Source: a virus
Lineage: Duplodnaviria > Caudoviricetes
Virus record (IMG/VR): IMGVR_UViG_2754412371_000001
Location: 29,313-93,312 of that record
Direction: 5' to 3' (one strand)
DNA length: 64,000 nt
This document shows positions 55,273 to 63,904 of the stretch, piece after piece (positions within the stretch are counted from its first letter, which is position 1; each line of letters starts with the position of its first letter). The position numbers were made by a program, and so were the translations under genes. The notes beneath the pieces are model-generated. The model did not search any database and was not told the DNA's origin. It was given only the letters and a program-made list of their open reading frames with translations.

Positions 55273-56994
55273 ATGACGACAATCGGGATCACGCTCGCCG
55301 CGAGCGCGGTGAATGCCAAACTGATCGGCGCCAGTCGAGAAGCGAAGCTGCTCGTGCGCGATACGCTGTCCTACCTCGTCGACGGCGCACAGTATTCGCA
55401 GGCATTCAAGGGCACGAGCTGGGATGGCCGCTCGAGCTTCTTCGACTTCAACAGCGGGACGTTCCCGGCGGGCTTCCTCTACAAGGTGCAGGCGAAGCTG
55501 CTGAAGGCCGGCTACCGGGTGAACGTGGTGCGCAACCCCGCGCCGGCGCCGCTCGGTCCGGAGCGCCCGGAGGTCGACGAGTTCGGCTATGACCCGCGCT
55601 ACAGCTACCAGCCCGAGGTCGCTGACAAACTGGTCAAGCACCGGCAGATCATTGCCCGCGTCGCCACCGGGGGTGGCAAGTCCCGTATCGCGCGCATCTG
55701 CTACAAACGCATCGCCCGCAAGACGCTGTTCCTGACGACGCGCGGGATCCTGCTCTACCAGATGGCCGACGCGGTCGAGTCGAACCTAAAGGAGACGGCC
55801 GGCATCATCGGCGACAGCAAGTGGGACGGTTCGCGCCAGTTCACGGCCGGCATGGTGCAGACGCTCGCACAGGCGGTCGAACTCTGGACTGAGGAAGGCG
55901 AAATGCTCGCCTACCTGAAAAACCGCGACGCGGCAGAGGACCGCGAGGTCGAGAAACAGGCAACGCGGCTGAAGAAGCAAGGGTTGAAGGCGGCTGAGGT
56001 CAGCGCCGCCACCGCCACGCTGCGCAAGACGCTCGAGGCGCAGCGGCCCTCAGACGCGCAGGTGGTCGCCGACATTCAGGCGAAGGTGCGCGACCACAAC
56101 AAGCGGCGCGATGAGGTCATCGAGTGGCTGAAGACGATCGAGTTCGTCATTCTCGAGGAAGCTCATGAGGTGTCGGGCGAGGGCTTCTACCAGTTGATGC
56201 GCCAGTGCACGAACGCGCACTACCGGCTCGCGCTGACCGCAACACCGTTCATGAAGGACAGCCCTGAAGCGAACCTGCGTCTCGAGGCATGCAGCGGGCC
56301 GGTCGCGATCACGGTGACAGAGAAGCAGTTGATCGACCTTGGCGTGCTCGCGACGCCCTATTTCAAGTTTATCCCGCTCCAGAACCACGCACCGCAATAC
56401 CAGACCGAGGTGAAGGGCAAAGTGTTCACGCACCGGCTGTTTCGCTCGACGCCCTGGCCCAAGTGCTACGAGGTCGGCATCGTCAACAACGACGAGCGCA
56501 ACCACGCGATCGTCTACGAGGTCGCGCGCGCGGCGAAGCACGGTCTGCGAGCAATGGTGCTTGTCGGCCGCAAGGAGCACGGCAAACGCCTCACCGAGCT
56601 GCTGACGGCCGCCGGCGTGCGCTGCAACTTCATCTTCGGTGAGCACGACCAGACGGAGCGACAGGCCGCGCTGAACGCGCTGCGCGACGATCGCATCGAT
56701 TGCGTGATCGGCTCGACAATCCTCGACGTGGGCGTCGACGTGCCGGCCGTCGGTCTGATCGTGCTTGCCGGCGGTGGCAAGGCAGAGGTGCAGACCCGGC
56801 AGCGGATCGGCCGCGGGCTGCGCGCGAAGAAGCTCGGCCCGAACGTCGCATTCGTCGTGGACTTCGTCGAGGCGAACAACCAGACCCTTCGCGACCACCA
56901 GAACGAGCGGATCGCGATCATCAAGAACACGCCGGGGTTCGGGGAGAACATCGTGGCGGACTTCGACTACTCAGCTTTCAAGAAGGCGGCATAA
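55273..56994 (+). CDS. SF2 (DEAD/DEAH-like) helicase
   Basis: ATGGGKS; ILEEAH; LTATP; GVDVP; QRIGRGLR. Confidence 0.92.
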   Translation: MTTIGITLAASAVNAKLIGASREAKLLVRDTLSYLVDGAQYSQAFKGTSWDGRSSFFDFNSGTFPAGFLYKVQAKLLKAGYRVNVVRNPAPAPLGPERPEVDEFGYDPRYSYQPEVADKLVKHRQIIARVATGGGKSRIARICYKRIARKTLFLTTRGILLYQMADAVESNLKETAGIIGDSKWDGSRQFTAGMVQTLAQAVELWTEEGEMLAYLKNRDAAEDREVEKQATRLKKQGLKAAEVSAATATLRKTLEAQRPSDAQVVADIQAKVRDHNKRRDEVIEWLKTIEFVILEEAHEVSGEGFYQLMRQCTNAHYRLALTATPFMKDSPEANLRLEACSGPVAITVTEKQLIDLGVLATPYFKFIPLQNHAPQYQTEVKGKVFTHRLFRSTPWPKCYEVGIVNNDERNHAIVYEVARAAKHGLRAMVLVGRKEHGKRLTELLTAAGVRCNFIFGEHDQTERQAALNALRDDRIDCVIGSTILDVGVDVPAVGLIVLAGGGKAEVQTRQRIGRGLRAKKLGPNVAFVVDFVEANNQTLRDHQNERIAIIKNTPGFGENIVADFDYSAFKKAA

Positions 56995-57176
56995 TGCGCA
57001 ACTGCAAAATTTTCCTGCTCACCTACCTGTCCCTGCTGCTGACCACGCTGGCCGGCAGTGCGGCCGGGGTCGCAACTGGCGTCGGGGTCGCAACTGGCGT
57101 CGGGGCGGCAGATGGCGCCGCTGCTGCGCAGTTCCTCTGGGGCATCGTCGTGCTGACCACGAAGGAGATCGGGTGA
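56994..57176 (+). CDS. Small hydrophobic protein with an internal 18-bp duplication
   Basis: TAATG overlap with the helicase; cggggtcgcaactggcgt x2 at 57065-57100. Confidence 0.45.
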   Translation: MRNCKIFLLTYLSLLLTTLAGSAAGVATGVGVATGVGAADGAAAAQFLWGIVVLTTKEIG

Positions 57177-57242
57177 GGGAGCGACTGCCCAAGCCGTAAT
57201 CGTCCATGCGCTGACTATACTTATCCGTGTAGACAACGATCT

Positions 57243-57266
57243 AAGGGCTCTTCGGAGCCCTTTCTC
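57243..57266 (+). terminator. Rho-independent terminator
   Basis: aagggctc-ttcg-gagccctt then T-rich. Confidence 0.75.
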
Positions 57267-57283
57267 ATTTGCGGAGAAACACC

Positions 57284-57754
57284 TTGCCACGACCGATTGT
57301 CACCCTCATGCAGCGTGCCAAGGCGCTGCTGCCTGAAATCACCGCTGACATCGAAATTGATCGTGATGGCGTAGGTGCGCTCGCAACTTTGCTGTCGCGG
57401 GTAAACTATCGGCCTCACAGCCACGTATTGCCCGAGTCGCGCCAAGTGTGGCTCGATAGACTGAGCGAACGTAGCCTGCTGGCGATGAAGCCCGACCAGC
57501 GGATACGGACGTATCGCAAGTTTGCGCTCGATTTGACCGATCCTGCGCTCAAGGACATCGAGCAGGTGTTGGAGTGGCGCGCAAAGCATGGCGACTCGAA
57601 CATGCCCGAGTCCCAGCGGTTCCCGGCTGCGCAGCTGACCGACGATGCGGCTCGCTGGCAACTGCCGATTCAGGAACAAGATGACGTGGAGAAGGTGGCC
57701 GATGCGCTGCTCGCAGACGCGGCGCTCGGTAATTCAGAATGGTCTGCGTGGTAA
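57284..57754 (+). CDS. Hypothetical protein
   Basis: GGAGA before TTG 57284; ends EWSAW. Confidence 0.65.
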   Translation: MPRPIVTLMQRAKALLPEITADIEIDRDGVGALATLLSRVNYRPHSHVLPESRQVWLDRLSERSLLAMKPDQRIRTYRKFALDLTDPALKDIEQVLEWRAKHGDSNMPESQRFPAAQLTDDAARWQLPIQEQDDVEKVADALLADAALGNSEWSAW

Positions 57755-57769
57755 TTGATGGAGCTGTCT

Positions 57770-58105
57770 ATGAGAAAAATGATCGTCGTCGCCTTGCTCG
57801 CTGCATCGAGTTCGGCCTTCGCGCTGCCGCCGGGGAACATGGTCGAATTCAACAATCAGGTCGAGACGTGCAAAAAGTTCGGCAACGTCGGGGCGCTCTA
57901 CTATCGGATGGCGGAGCAGGGGAAAACGCCGACCGTTCACATGAGCAAATACACCGAACCTATTCGGCAGACGATCGAGAGCGAGATCTTCGGCAACACG
58001 GCTTCATATAACGAGGAGTCAGCGTGGAAGTTTGCCTACTCCTACTGTTGGGACCACATCGATAGCGCCCTTCGCCAGATGAAAGCGGACGGTGCGGCAG
58101 AATGA
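57770..58105 (+). CDS. Secreted hypothetical protein
   Basis: Signal peptide MRKMIVVALLAASSSAFA; two Cys. Confidence 0.75.
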   Translation: MRKMIVVALLAASSSAFALPPGNMVEFNNQVETCKKFGNVGALYYRMAEQGKTPTVHMSKYTEPIRQTIESEIFGNTASYNEESAWKFAYSYCWDHIDSALRQMKADGAAE

Positions 58106-58542
58106 GCGACATCACCAGAGCGCTGATCGTCGCATCTCCCCATATCGAGAAGATTCTATCCGGCGAGAAAACTTGGGAGATGCGGACTCGCCATGTTCAC
58201 TCACGTGGCCCAATCGCACTTATTGCGAAGGGAACTGGCACTGTCGTCGGTGTCGCAGAAATTGCTGATTCGCTCGGGCCGCTCTCGGATGCCGACCTCT
58301 TCGCCAACGCATCACGGCATCGCATTGAAGGTCATCATCTAATCAGCCAACTGAGCGAAGGTCCTTTCCCGGAGGTGCCAAAGCGATGGTCGCACGCGTG
58401 GGTGCTTGAGAAGGTTCTGAAGCTCATTAAGCCGGTGCACTACCGGCATCCCAACGGGGCTCAGCAATTTGTTATCTTGGACAAGCCGGCCATCGAGGCA
58501 ATAACGAAGCAGGTCGCGGCGCTCCGGAAATCGGCTGTATAA
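58102..58542 (+). CDS. ASCH-domain protein
   Basis: ILSGEKTWEMR (GxKxxExR); GTVVGVAEI; HAWVL; HPNGAQ. Confidence 0.88.
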   Translation: MSDITRALIVASPHIEKILSGEKTWEMRTRHVHSRGPIALIAKGTGTVVGVAEIADSLGPLSDADLFANASRHRIEGHHLISQLSEGPFPEVPKRWSHAWVLEKVLKLIKPVHYRHPNGAQQFVILDKPAIEAITKQVAALRKSAV

Positions 58543-58580
58543 GGAAGCGACTTTCCACCCGGCGCCTGGCTGTATAAGGA
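58533..58580 (+). repeat. 13-bp direct repeat GGCTGTATAAGGA x2
   Basis: Copies at 58533 and 58568. Confidence 0.75.
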
Positions 58581-58951
58581 CGGGTCGCTTCCGCCAAAAA
58601 ATTTCCGACGAAGCCCCACACTAAGTGCGTGCCTGCCTAAGACTACCCACGTCTGTCCGAAAGCGCTTGACGACTACAAATTTCCGTGTCCGGTAGTGCA
58701 CCTTCCTCGCTATGCACTACCGGGCTCCGTTCGTCAGAGCGTCCAATCAACACGAAAAGAAAGACAATCGAAACGCGTGTTGTCAGTGTCCCATTGATCG
58801 AGTATCCGGGCGTCGTGCGCGCACGGGTCAAGCTCTGAGCGTTCGATCGTGTCGAGCATATCAGCGCGGGCATGTTCGCGGGCGCGTGAGACTTTGCAGG
58901 GGGCGTTAAATGCGGTCGTCATGGTGCAATGTGAGTTAGCTTAGGGCGGGC

Positions 58952-58978
58952 TTAGTGGGCGCATATCGCGCCCACTAA
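58952..58978. terminator. Hairpin downstream of the 58987-59655 gene
   Basis: ttagtgggcgc-atatc-gcgcccactaa perfect 11-bp stem. Confidence 0.7.
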
Positions 58979-58986
58979 ATCACCAT

Positions 58987-59655
58987 TTACTTATCTTTCT
59001 TCGCCCCTTTAACGAGCGAAAGGGTGTCATCGCTTGCAGTCTCAACCATCTTTGCGATTGCAGCGATGAACGGGGATTTTTCGTTCACTTCCAGGGTTGC
59101 TTCTTTGCCCTTTACGCGAACCATCTTACCCATGCCCAGATACTTGCAGAACCCGTTAGAACCAAACGAGCGGGAATTCTGCGTGCCCTCCGTCGTGATA
59201 CCCACCCCGCCAATGACGCGACGAAGCTTATTGACCAGAGATACATCGCGCACCACGTCAGACGTCGAATCGTCGCCCTTGCCCGTCGTCGCATAGACCA
59301 GTGCACTACGGGAAACCGCGCCCGCATGAATCGCGCTCAGAAGCGACAGAGCGGTAACACCATCAAGCATGGTGTAGTCTTTCGCATGCAAGCATGCGAG
59401 GAACTCAGACACGCGCTTTACTGCTTTCACGCCCATATTGTCGGCGATGGTCGACAGGAATTCGATATCGGAGATCTTTGCGCGCTTGAGCATGCCCGCA
59501 GCGAAAACGCAAAGCTTGTCGTCCCAATACTTGCGTGCGGTTTTCAGGTCTTCGCACTCGCCCGCGCGCCCTTCTTTCTTGGACCAACGATCGTTAGCCC
59601 GGTTGATTGCGATCATGACGTTTTCGAGGGTGAAGACGTTTTCTTGTGCGTTCAT
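58987..59655 (-). CDS. Hypothetical protein, stand-alone transcription unit
   Basis: 222-aa ORF, AGGT RBS, AT-rich upstream region with a palindrome site. Confidence 0.8.
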   Translation of the reverse strand: MNAQENVFTLENVMIAINRANDRWSKKEGRAGECEDLKTARKYWDDKLCVFAAGMLKRAKISDIEFLSTIADNMGVKAVKRVSEFLACLHAKDYTMLDGVTALSLLSAIHAGAVSRSALVYATTGKGDDSTSDVVRDVSLVNKLRRVIGGVGITTEGTQNSRSFGSNGFCKYLGMGKMVRVKGKEATLEVNEKSPFIAAIAKMVETASDDTLSLVKGAKKDK

Positions 59656-59745
59656 TTTGATTACCTATTAAGAGTGAAATTTATCTATTGTTCGCTGCGT
59701 CGCTTTGTGTAACGCAGTGTTTGTATGGTAATTGAACCATTCGCA

Positions 59746-59763
59746 TAAGTCACTAAGGACTTA
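59746..59763. promoter_or_regulatory. 18-bp palindrome site
   Basis: TAAGTCA-ctaa-GGACTTA. Confidence 0.75.
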
Positions 59764-60193
59764 TTAATCGAGGATCGCAGGAGCGTTAGAGGCAATCTAT
59801 TTGAGCTGCCAGCACACCCGTAGTAATCGCGCGTGCGCGCACTCTTGCTATAGGTGACGTTAACGGGTGCCCCGCTGGCGGAGGTAGTGCGAAGCGCGAT
59901 GCTTCGTGGATCTGATGATCGATGGATTGGGCGGGCTCGGCGACAAGCTCAGGTCGGCCAAGTAGATGCGCAATACGAAAGCGCCGTTTTCGTCCAAGAA
60001 GCGCCATACCGGGCCGCGTTTTGGATCCGAAATCGGCAGAGCAAGGTTGGAATGGTGACGCCCTCTTCCGCGGCGTGCCAGGTGGGCTGACAAAAAGCAG
60101 CCGAGCGAGCACGGATGCGCTCAAACTCGGCCAAAAAGCTTCACCGCTACGGGGATAGGCTCACTCAGGTAAAACAGTGCCGATGTCGCGCGG

Positions 60194-60367
60194 TCAGTGC
60201 GTCCAGGTCATCGATTGGGAGCGCCCGGCACGCATCTGGCGGTGCTCGGTGCGGGTGCGCAGTTCGCGCAGCTCCTCATGCTCTTGCATACGCTCCATGT
60301 CGGTCATGCCACGATCTTCATCGTCACGGCAGAGGGCGGATTCGACATAGACGCGGTGTGCAAGCAT
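60194..60367 (-). CDS. 57-aa hypothetical protein
   Basis: Not in the ORF track: MLAHRVYVES..; GAGAGG RBS. Confidence 0.5.
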   Translation of the reverse strand: MLAHRVYVESALCRDDEDRGMTDMERMQEHEELRELRTRTEHRQMRAGRSQSMTWTH

Positions 60368-60465
60368 AGGGTGACCTCTCTTTTGAATTCGTTACAGCGT
60401 CATCGCTGCGATGACATGAATTCTGCAGATCTATGCTTGGCGCACGGTTGGATAGATGGGTGGCG

Positions 60466-60681
60466 CTATTCCTGCGCCAAGGCGGTCATTGTAAGCGGGA
60501 GCTTATCGTCCCGCGCCCTAAATTTTACCGGCGCCCTTTCCATCGACGTGGTGCAATTGCATTGAGCCAATCCGCTGCCCGGCTCAATGCAATTGCTGAT
60601 ACCGCGACGATCACCATCGCTGAAATCCAGCCGACGATAGCCGCAATCATTCCAGATCTCAACATAATTCCGCACTCCCAA
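60466..60681 (-). CDS. Hypothetical protein
   Basis: Short ORF, start uncertain. Confidence 0.3.
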   Translation of the reverse strand: MGVRNYVEIWNDCGYRRLDFSDGDRRGISNCIEPGSGLAQCNCTTSMERAPVKFRARDDKLPLTMTALAQE

Positions 60682-60795
60682 TTTCTACATCTGAAATGGT
60701 ATCGAGCGGTTCGAGGAGTCTTGTTGCTCCCCTCGATGGCTGGACTCAGTGGATTTTGGATTCGGGTGGATTCTGAAAAATCTAGGAATCCGCCC

Positions 60796-61173
60796 TTACC
60801 CCAGATGCGAAATCATATGCAGGTGCCTGACGAGGTTCACCATCGAGAAGCCGTCGTCGAAGCCGATCACTGACATGCAAAGGGCCGCAAAACCCGTCGC
60901 TGCGCCGAACACCGTCGTCAGTCGTTGCAGCAGCGCATTTGTCTTGGCAGGCCGCGGCGCGCGCTGAGCCACCCCTTCTGTCGGGGCGATATCGATCGTG
61001 ATCTCTTCAACACGGCTGAACGACAGCACCTCGATACCGGCGTCACGATACGCCGCGGCGATCTGCTCGAACCATCGTTTTTGCTTGACCTCGTCACGCG
61101 GAAAAGGCGTCTCCAGCCTCACCACATGAAAGTTTTGATTCGCGTCAAGGCAGTCAAATTTCACGATTCTCAT
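60796..61173 (-). CDS. Hypothetical protein with C-terminal hydrophobic segment
   Basis: GGGGA RBS; palindrome site upstream. Confidence 0.6.
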   Translation of the reverse strand: MRIVKFDCLDANQNFHVVRLETPFPRDEVKQKRWFEQIAAAYRDAGIEVLSFSRVEEITIDIAPTEGVAQRAPRPAKTNALLQRLTTVFGAATGFAALCMSVIGFDDGFSMVNLVRHLHMISHLG

Positions 61174-61239
61174 AGCATCCCCGGCAGTGCCCCTATTCTC
61201 GAAGCAGGCGATGTTACAACACGTAACAGGTTATAACAA

Positions 61240-61257
61240 TAAGTCACAATAAATTTA
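61240..61257. promoter_or_regulatory. Degenerate 18-bp palindrome site
   Basis: TAAGTCA-caat-AAATTTA. Confidence 0.5.
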
Positions 61258-61518
61258 TTCTCACCCCGAATCGTTTCACATATAAAAATTATCCAAGGAA
61301 TTGTTGTTCATATCGGTGAACGGCCACTTCCGGGCCGTCCGATGCTCAATACCAGCGATGGCAGGGGGCCGATGCGAAGCGACGCTCTTCCGTGCGCTGT
61401 GTCTGCCGGGCCATCAGATATGCACTTCGTGGACACGCCCCGGCAGACCGGGCGCCGAGGTAGACATTTCGCTCGATGAACGTCCGCAGACGATTCGCTG
61501 CCTCATGCGTTGTCACAC

Positions 61519-61698
61519 TCATCGTGCACCTCCATTGACCGACTTGATACGCTTCGGCATCGCGCAGCGTCGCTCACGGGCCGCGTGAATCGGGCCACCC
61601 ATGAGGAGATCGATCACCCACCAGCACACCGCACCGATGAGCACCGCGGCACCGATGACCAGCAAGACGGCACAGAACCATTCGAACTGTTCGAGCAT
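61519..61698 (-). CDS. Small membrane protein
   Basis: MLEQFEWFCAVLLVIGAAVLIGAVCWW; GGAGG RBS. Confidence 0.55.
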   Translation of the reverse strand: MLEQFEWFCAVLLVIGAAVLIGAVCWWVIDLLMGGPIHAARERRCAMPKRIKSVNGGAR

Positions 61699-61711
61699 GT
61701 CGCCCTCCCCC

Positions 61712-61861
61712 TTATGCGAGCGACGGCGTGACGCGGAACGGATCCACTTTGACCAGATTGCCCTGATCGTCGGTCGTGAACAGACCAGGCTGGCCGTCAT
61801 ACACCTTGTAGAGAAAACCGAAGCGGCGTGCGAGAACGGGAAGGCAGAGGTGGTGTTGCAT
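61712..61861 (-). CDS. Small hypothetical protein
   Basis: 49-aa ORF in tandem with the previous one. Confidence 0.4.
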   Translation of the reverse strand: MQHHLCLPVLARRFGFLYKVYDGQPGLFTTDDQGNLVKVDPFRVTPSLA

Positions 61862-61966
61862 GGTGAAAGCCCGGTTGTGTTGAAGAGCTTTCATTCTCGA
61901 GATCGGGCTCTGGAGCACCGCAGGACGCTACAATCGACGCACTACAATTCCGAATCGGGGATAGCC

Positions 61967-62341
61967 ATGAAGCGAATCATCTTCGGCGTCACATTGCTGA
62001 CGGCGGTGGCTTGTGCCAATGCACAGGCTAGTCCGCCCTCCCGGACCTTCTATAAGGGCTCTAATTTTTTGCGGCTGACGCCGAGTGAACAGATGGGGTA
62101 TCTGCAAGGCGTGATCGACGGTTTCGATACAGCGCCAGATCTATATAACGACCAGGATTCGCCCATGCGCCTAGCCATCTATAAGTGCAGCAAAGCCATG
62201 GACCTCCACGGCAAGCAACTCTATACGATCGTCAGCAACTACATGCAGGCAAACCCGGAGCGGTGGGAATACAGCATGGGCGAACTGGTGCTGTTCGCCA
62301 TGGCTCAATCTTGCAAGAAGGTGGGGATACCCATCAACTGA
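61967..62341 (+). CDS. Secreted Rap1a/Tai-like immunity-fold protein
   Basis: Signal peptide; GYLQGVIDG..C..QLYTIVSNYMQANPERW..LV..A....C. Confidence 0.6.
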   Translation: MKRIIFGVTLLTAVACANAQASPPSRTFYKGSNFLRLTPSEQMGYLQGVIDGFDTAPDLYNDQDSPMRLAIYKCSKAMDLHGKQLYTIVSNYMQANPERWEYSMGELVLFAMAQSCKKVGIPIN

Positions 62342-62349
62342 ATCGAAAC

Positions 62350-62615
62350 CTTATACGGCGCGCCTTGGAAACTTATAGGGCGACATGCCAACCTTATATG
62401 TGACTCTTATAGGGCCGCGGCTGTCCAAGGAGCTCCATACCGGCGCTGATCTTGGATATTTTCGGCATGGTCGATTCCTAGGAAGCCCCGTCCAGCTTGG
62501 CAGACAGGACAATTGGCCTTCCTTGGCGGGGTGCCGGGCGGTATAAGAAAATTTCCAGGGAGCACGTTTTTAACATGACGATGCGGCCCGCCAGCCTCAC
62601 TTTCTTATACGGCGC
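62350..62615. repeat. Cluster of CTTATA(C/G)GG repeats
   Basis: CTTATA at 62350, 62372, 62393, 62406 and 62604; inverted copy at 62542. Confidence 0.65.
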
Positions 62616-63031
62616 ACAACGCGGTGAGTGCGTGAGGATGGGGTATATATGGGAATGTGTGGATGATCCATATACGATGCGTGCACTCTCCTATCCGCGC
62701 CGGTATTGGGATGGCACGAGTCGGTGTTGTTGTCCTCTTCCGTGCTCTTCTCATCGTTCGAGCCATCGATCATTCTTCTGTTTTTCTCTACTGTTCTGGG
62801 CCAGCGCTGCCTATCCCTGACGTCATGAAGTCTCCCTGAAGCCGCACGGAAGCATTGCGCCCTCGGATTCTTGCGATTACGGTTCAGAATCAAGGACTTA
62901 TTGCGCACATTTCACTACCCTCTGTTTCGAGGCAGAAAACGTCCAAGTTTTCACGCTGTTCGCGGCCCTCTCACCAGAAAATGAACAGGGATTCTTTCCT
63001 CTAAAGTGCGTGCGTTCTCACCCTGATTGCC

Positions 63032-63880
63032 ATGACGAAGCGCTACCTCGAACGGAACATTGTCTCGGTCATCCAGCAGCTCAATGCGGAGGGAATCGAG
63101 CGAGTTTCTTCGATGGAAGTGGCGTCTCGGCTGGGTGAAAGCAGGACAACAATCGGCAGGTATTTGAACGCGCTGGTGGATTCTGGGCGTCTGGATCGTG
63201 TCGGTTCTGGATCAGGAACCCGCTACGTGCTGGTGAATATCGGCGATTGGCTGGACCGGAAATCCGCGGCAGCCGGCGACTTCGACGATTCGGGCGCAAT
63301 GGTGTCGTTCCAGGCTTACCAGGCTGCTGACGCGTATGTGCGTCGGCTATCCCCTCTCGTAGGCGAACGTGGCGCTCGCAGGAAGGGGAAACGAGTCGGG
63401 ATCGTAGTCGTTACGCCTGACCGCGGCGCGCACGGTCGATACGCGGCTCGGATTCTGGGCGCTCTCTCGCGGAAGATCCACGACCTAGAGACTGAAGGGC
63501 TCGGCGTGGAGCTCACCGCGATCGGCCAACTCGCGGGTGACTTCGTCGCGGGGGCCGGACTGCCGATCAAGTCGTCGATCGAGAAGATCCGGTCCGGGTC
63601 GAAGCTCGAAGGGTTGATCGGTGCGCTCAACAGTCATGCCGAAGGTTATGTCGCAGGGCGTCTGCGCGCGATCTACCTCGTCCATGCAGGGTTTATCGAG
63701 TCTGCGAACAGCGGCATTGTGGTGGATCGCGTATTACCGCTTGATCCCGATTCCGTTGCGCATGACGGAGCAGACGAGGCGCTAGCGCCCGACATTGTGC
63801 GTCGCTATATCGAGGCAGTTGTGCTTCGGTCCGTGTGCGAAACCATTACGCTGCAGGCTGTATTGGCAGCTGGTGATTGA
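63032..63880 (+). CDS. Winged-HTH domain protein with unknown C-terminal domain
   Basis: VSSMEVASRLGESRTTIGRYLNALVDSGRLDRVGSGSGTRY. Confidence 0.75.
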   Translation: MTKRYLERNIVSVIQQLNAEGIERVSSMEVASRLGESRTTIGRYLNALVDSGRLDRVGSGSGTRYVLVNIGDWLDRKSAAAGDFDDSGAMVSFQAYQAADAYVRRLSPLVGERGARRKGKRVGIVVVTPDRGAHGRYAARILGALSRKIHDLETEGLGVELTAIGQLAGDFVAGAGLPIKSSIEKIRSGSKLEGLIGALNSHAEGYVAGRLRAIYLVHAGFIESANSGIVVDRVLPLDPDSVAHDGADEALAPDIVRRYIEAVVLRSVCETITLQAVLAAGD

Positions 63881-63904
63881 GTTACGTCTTTGGAGATTTA
63901 AACG

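Larger units (their letters stand above)
1..63904. mobile_element. Large temperate siphophage/prophage, SSU5/pHCM2-like gene content; left end outside the window
   Basis: Contiguous replication, lysis, tail, head and terminase modules; abuts a host-type atpD at the right edge. Confidence 0.9.

Noticed and set aside
1162-61257. CRISPR array or tRNA genes
   Set aside because: The repeats are dispersed at gene boundaries, not regularly spaced with spacers; no cloverleaf with T-loop/CCA was recognised
62497-62908. Short ORFs on both strands in the 62.3-63.0 kb gap
   Set aside because: No RBS or motif support and mutually overlapping; region treated as non-coding
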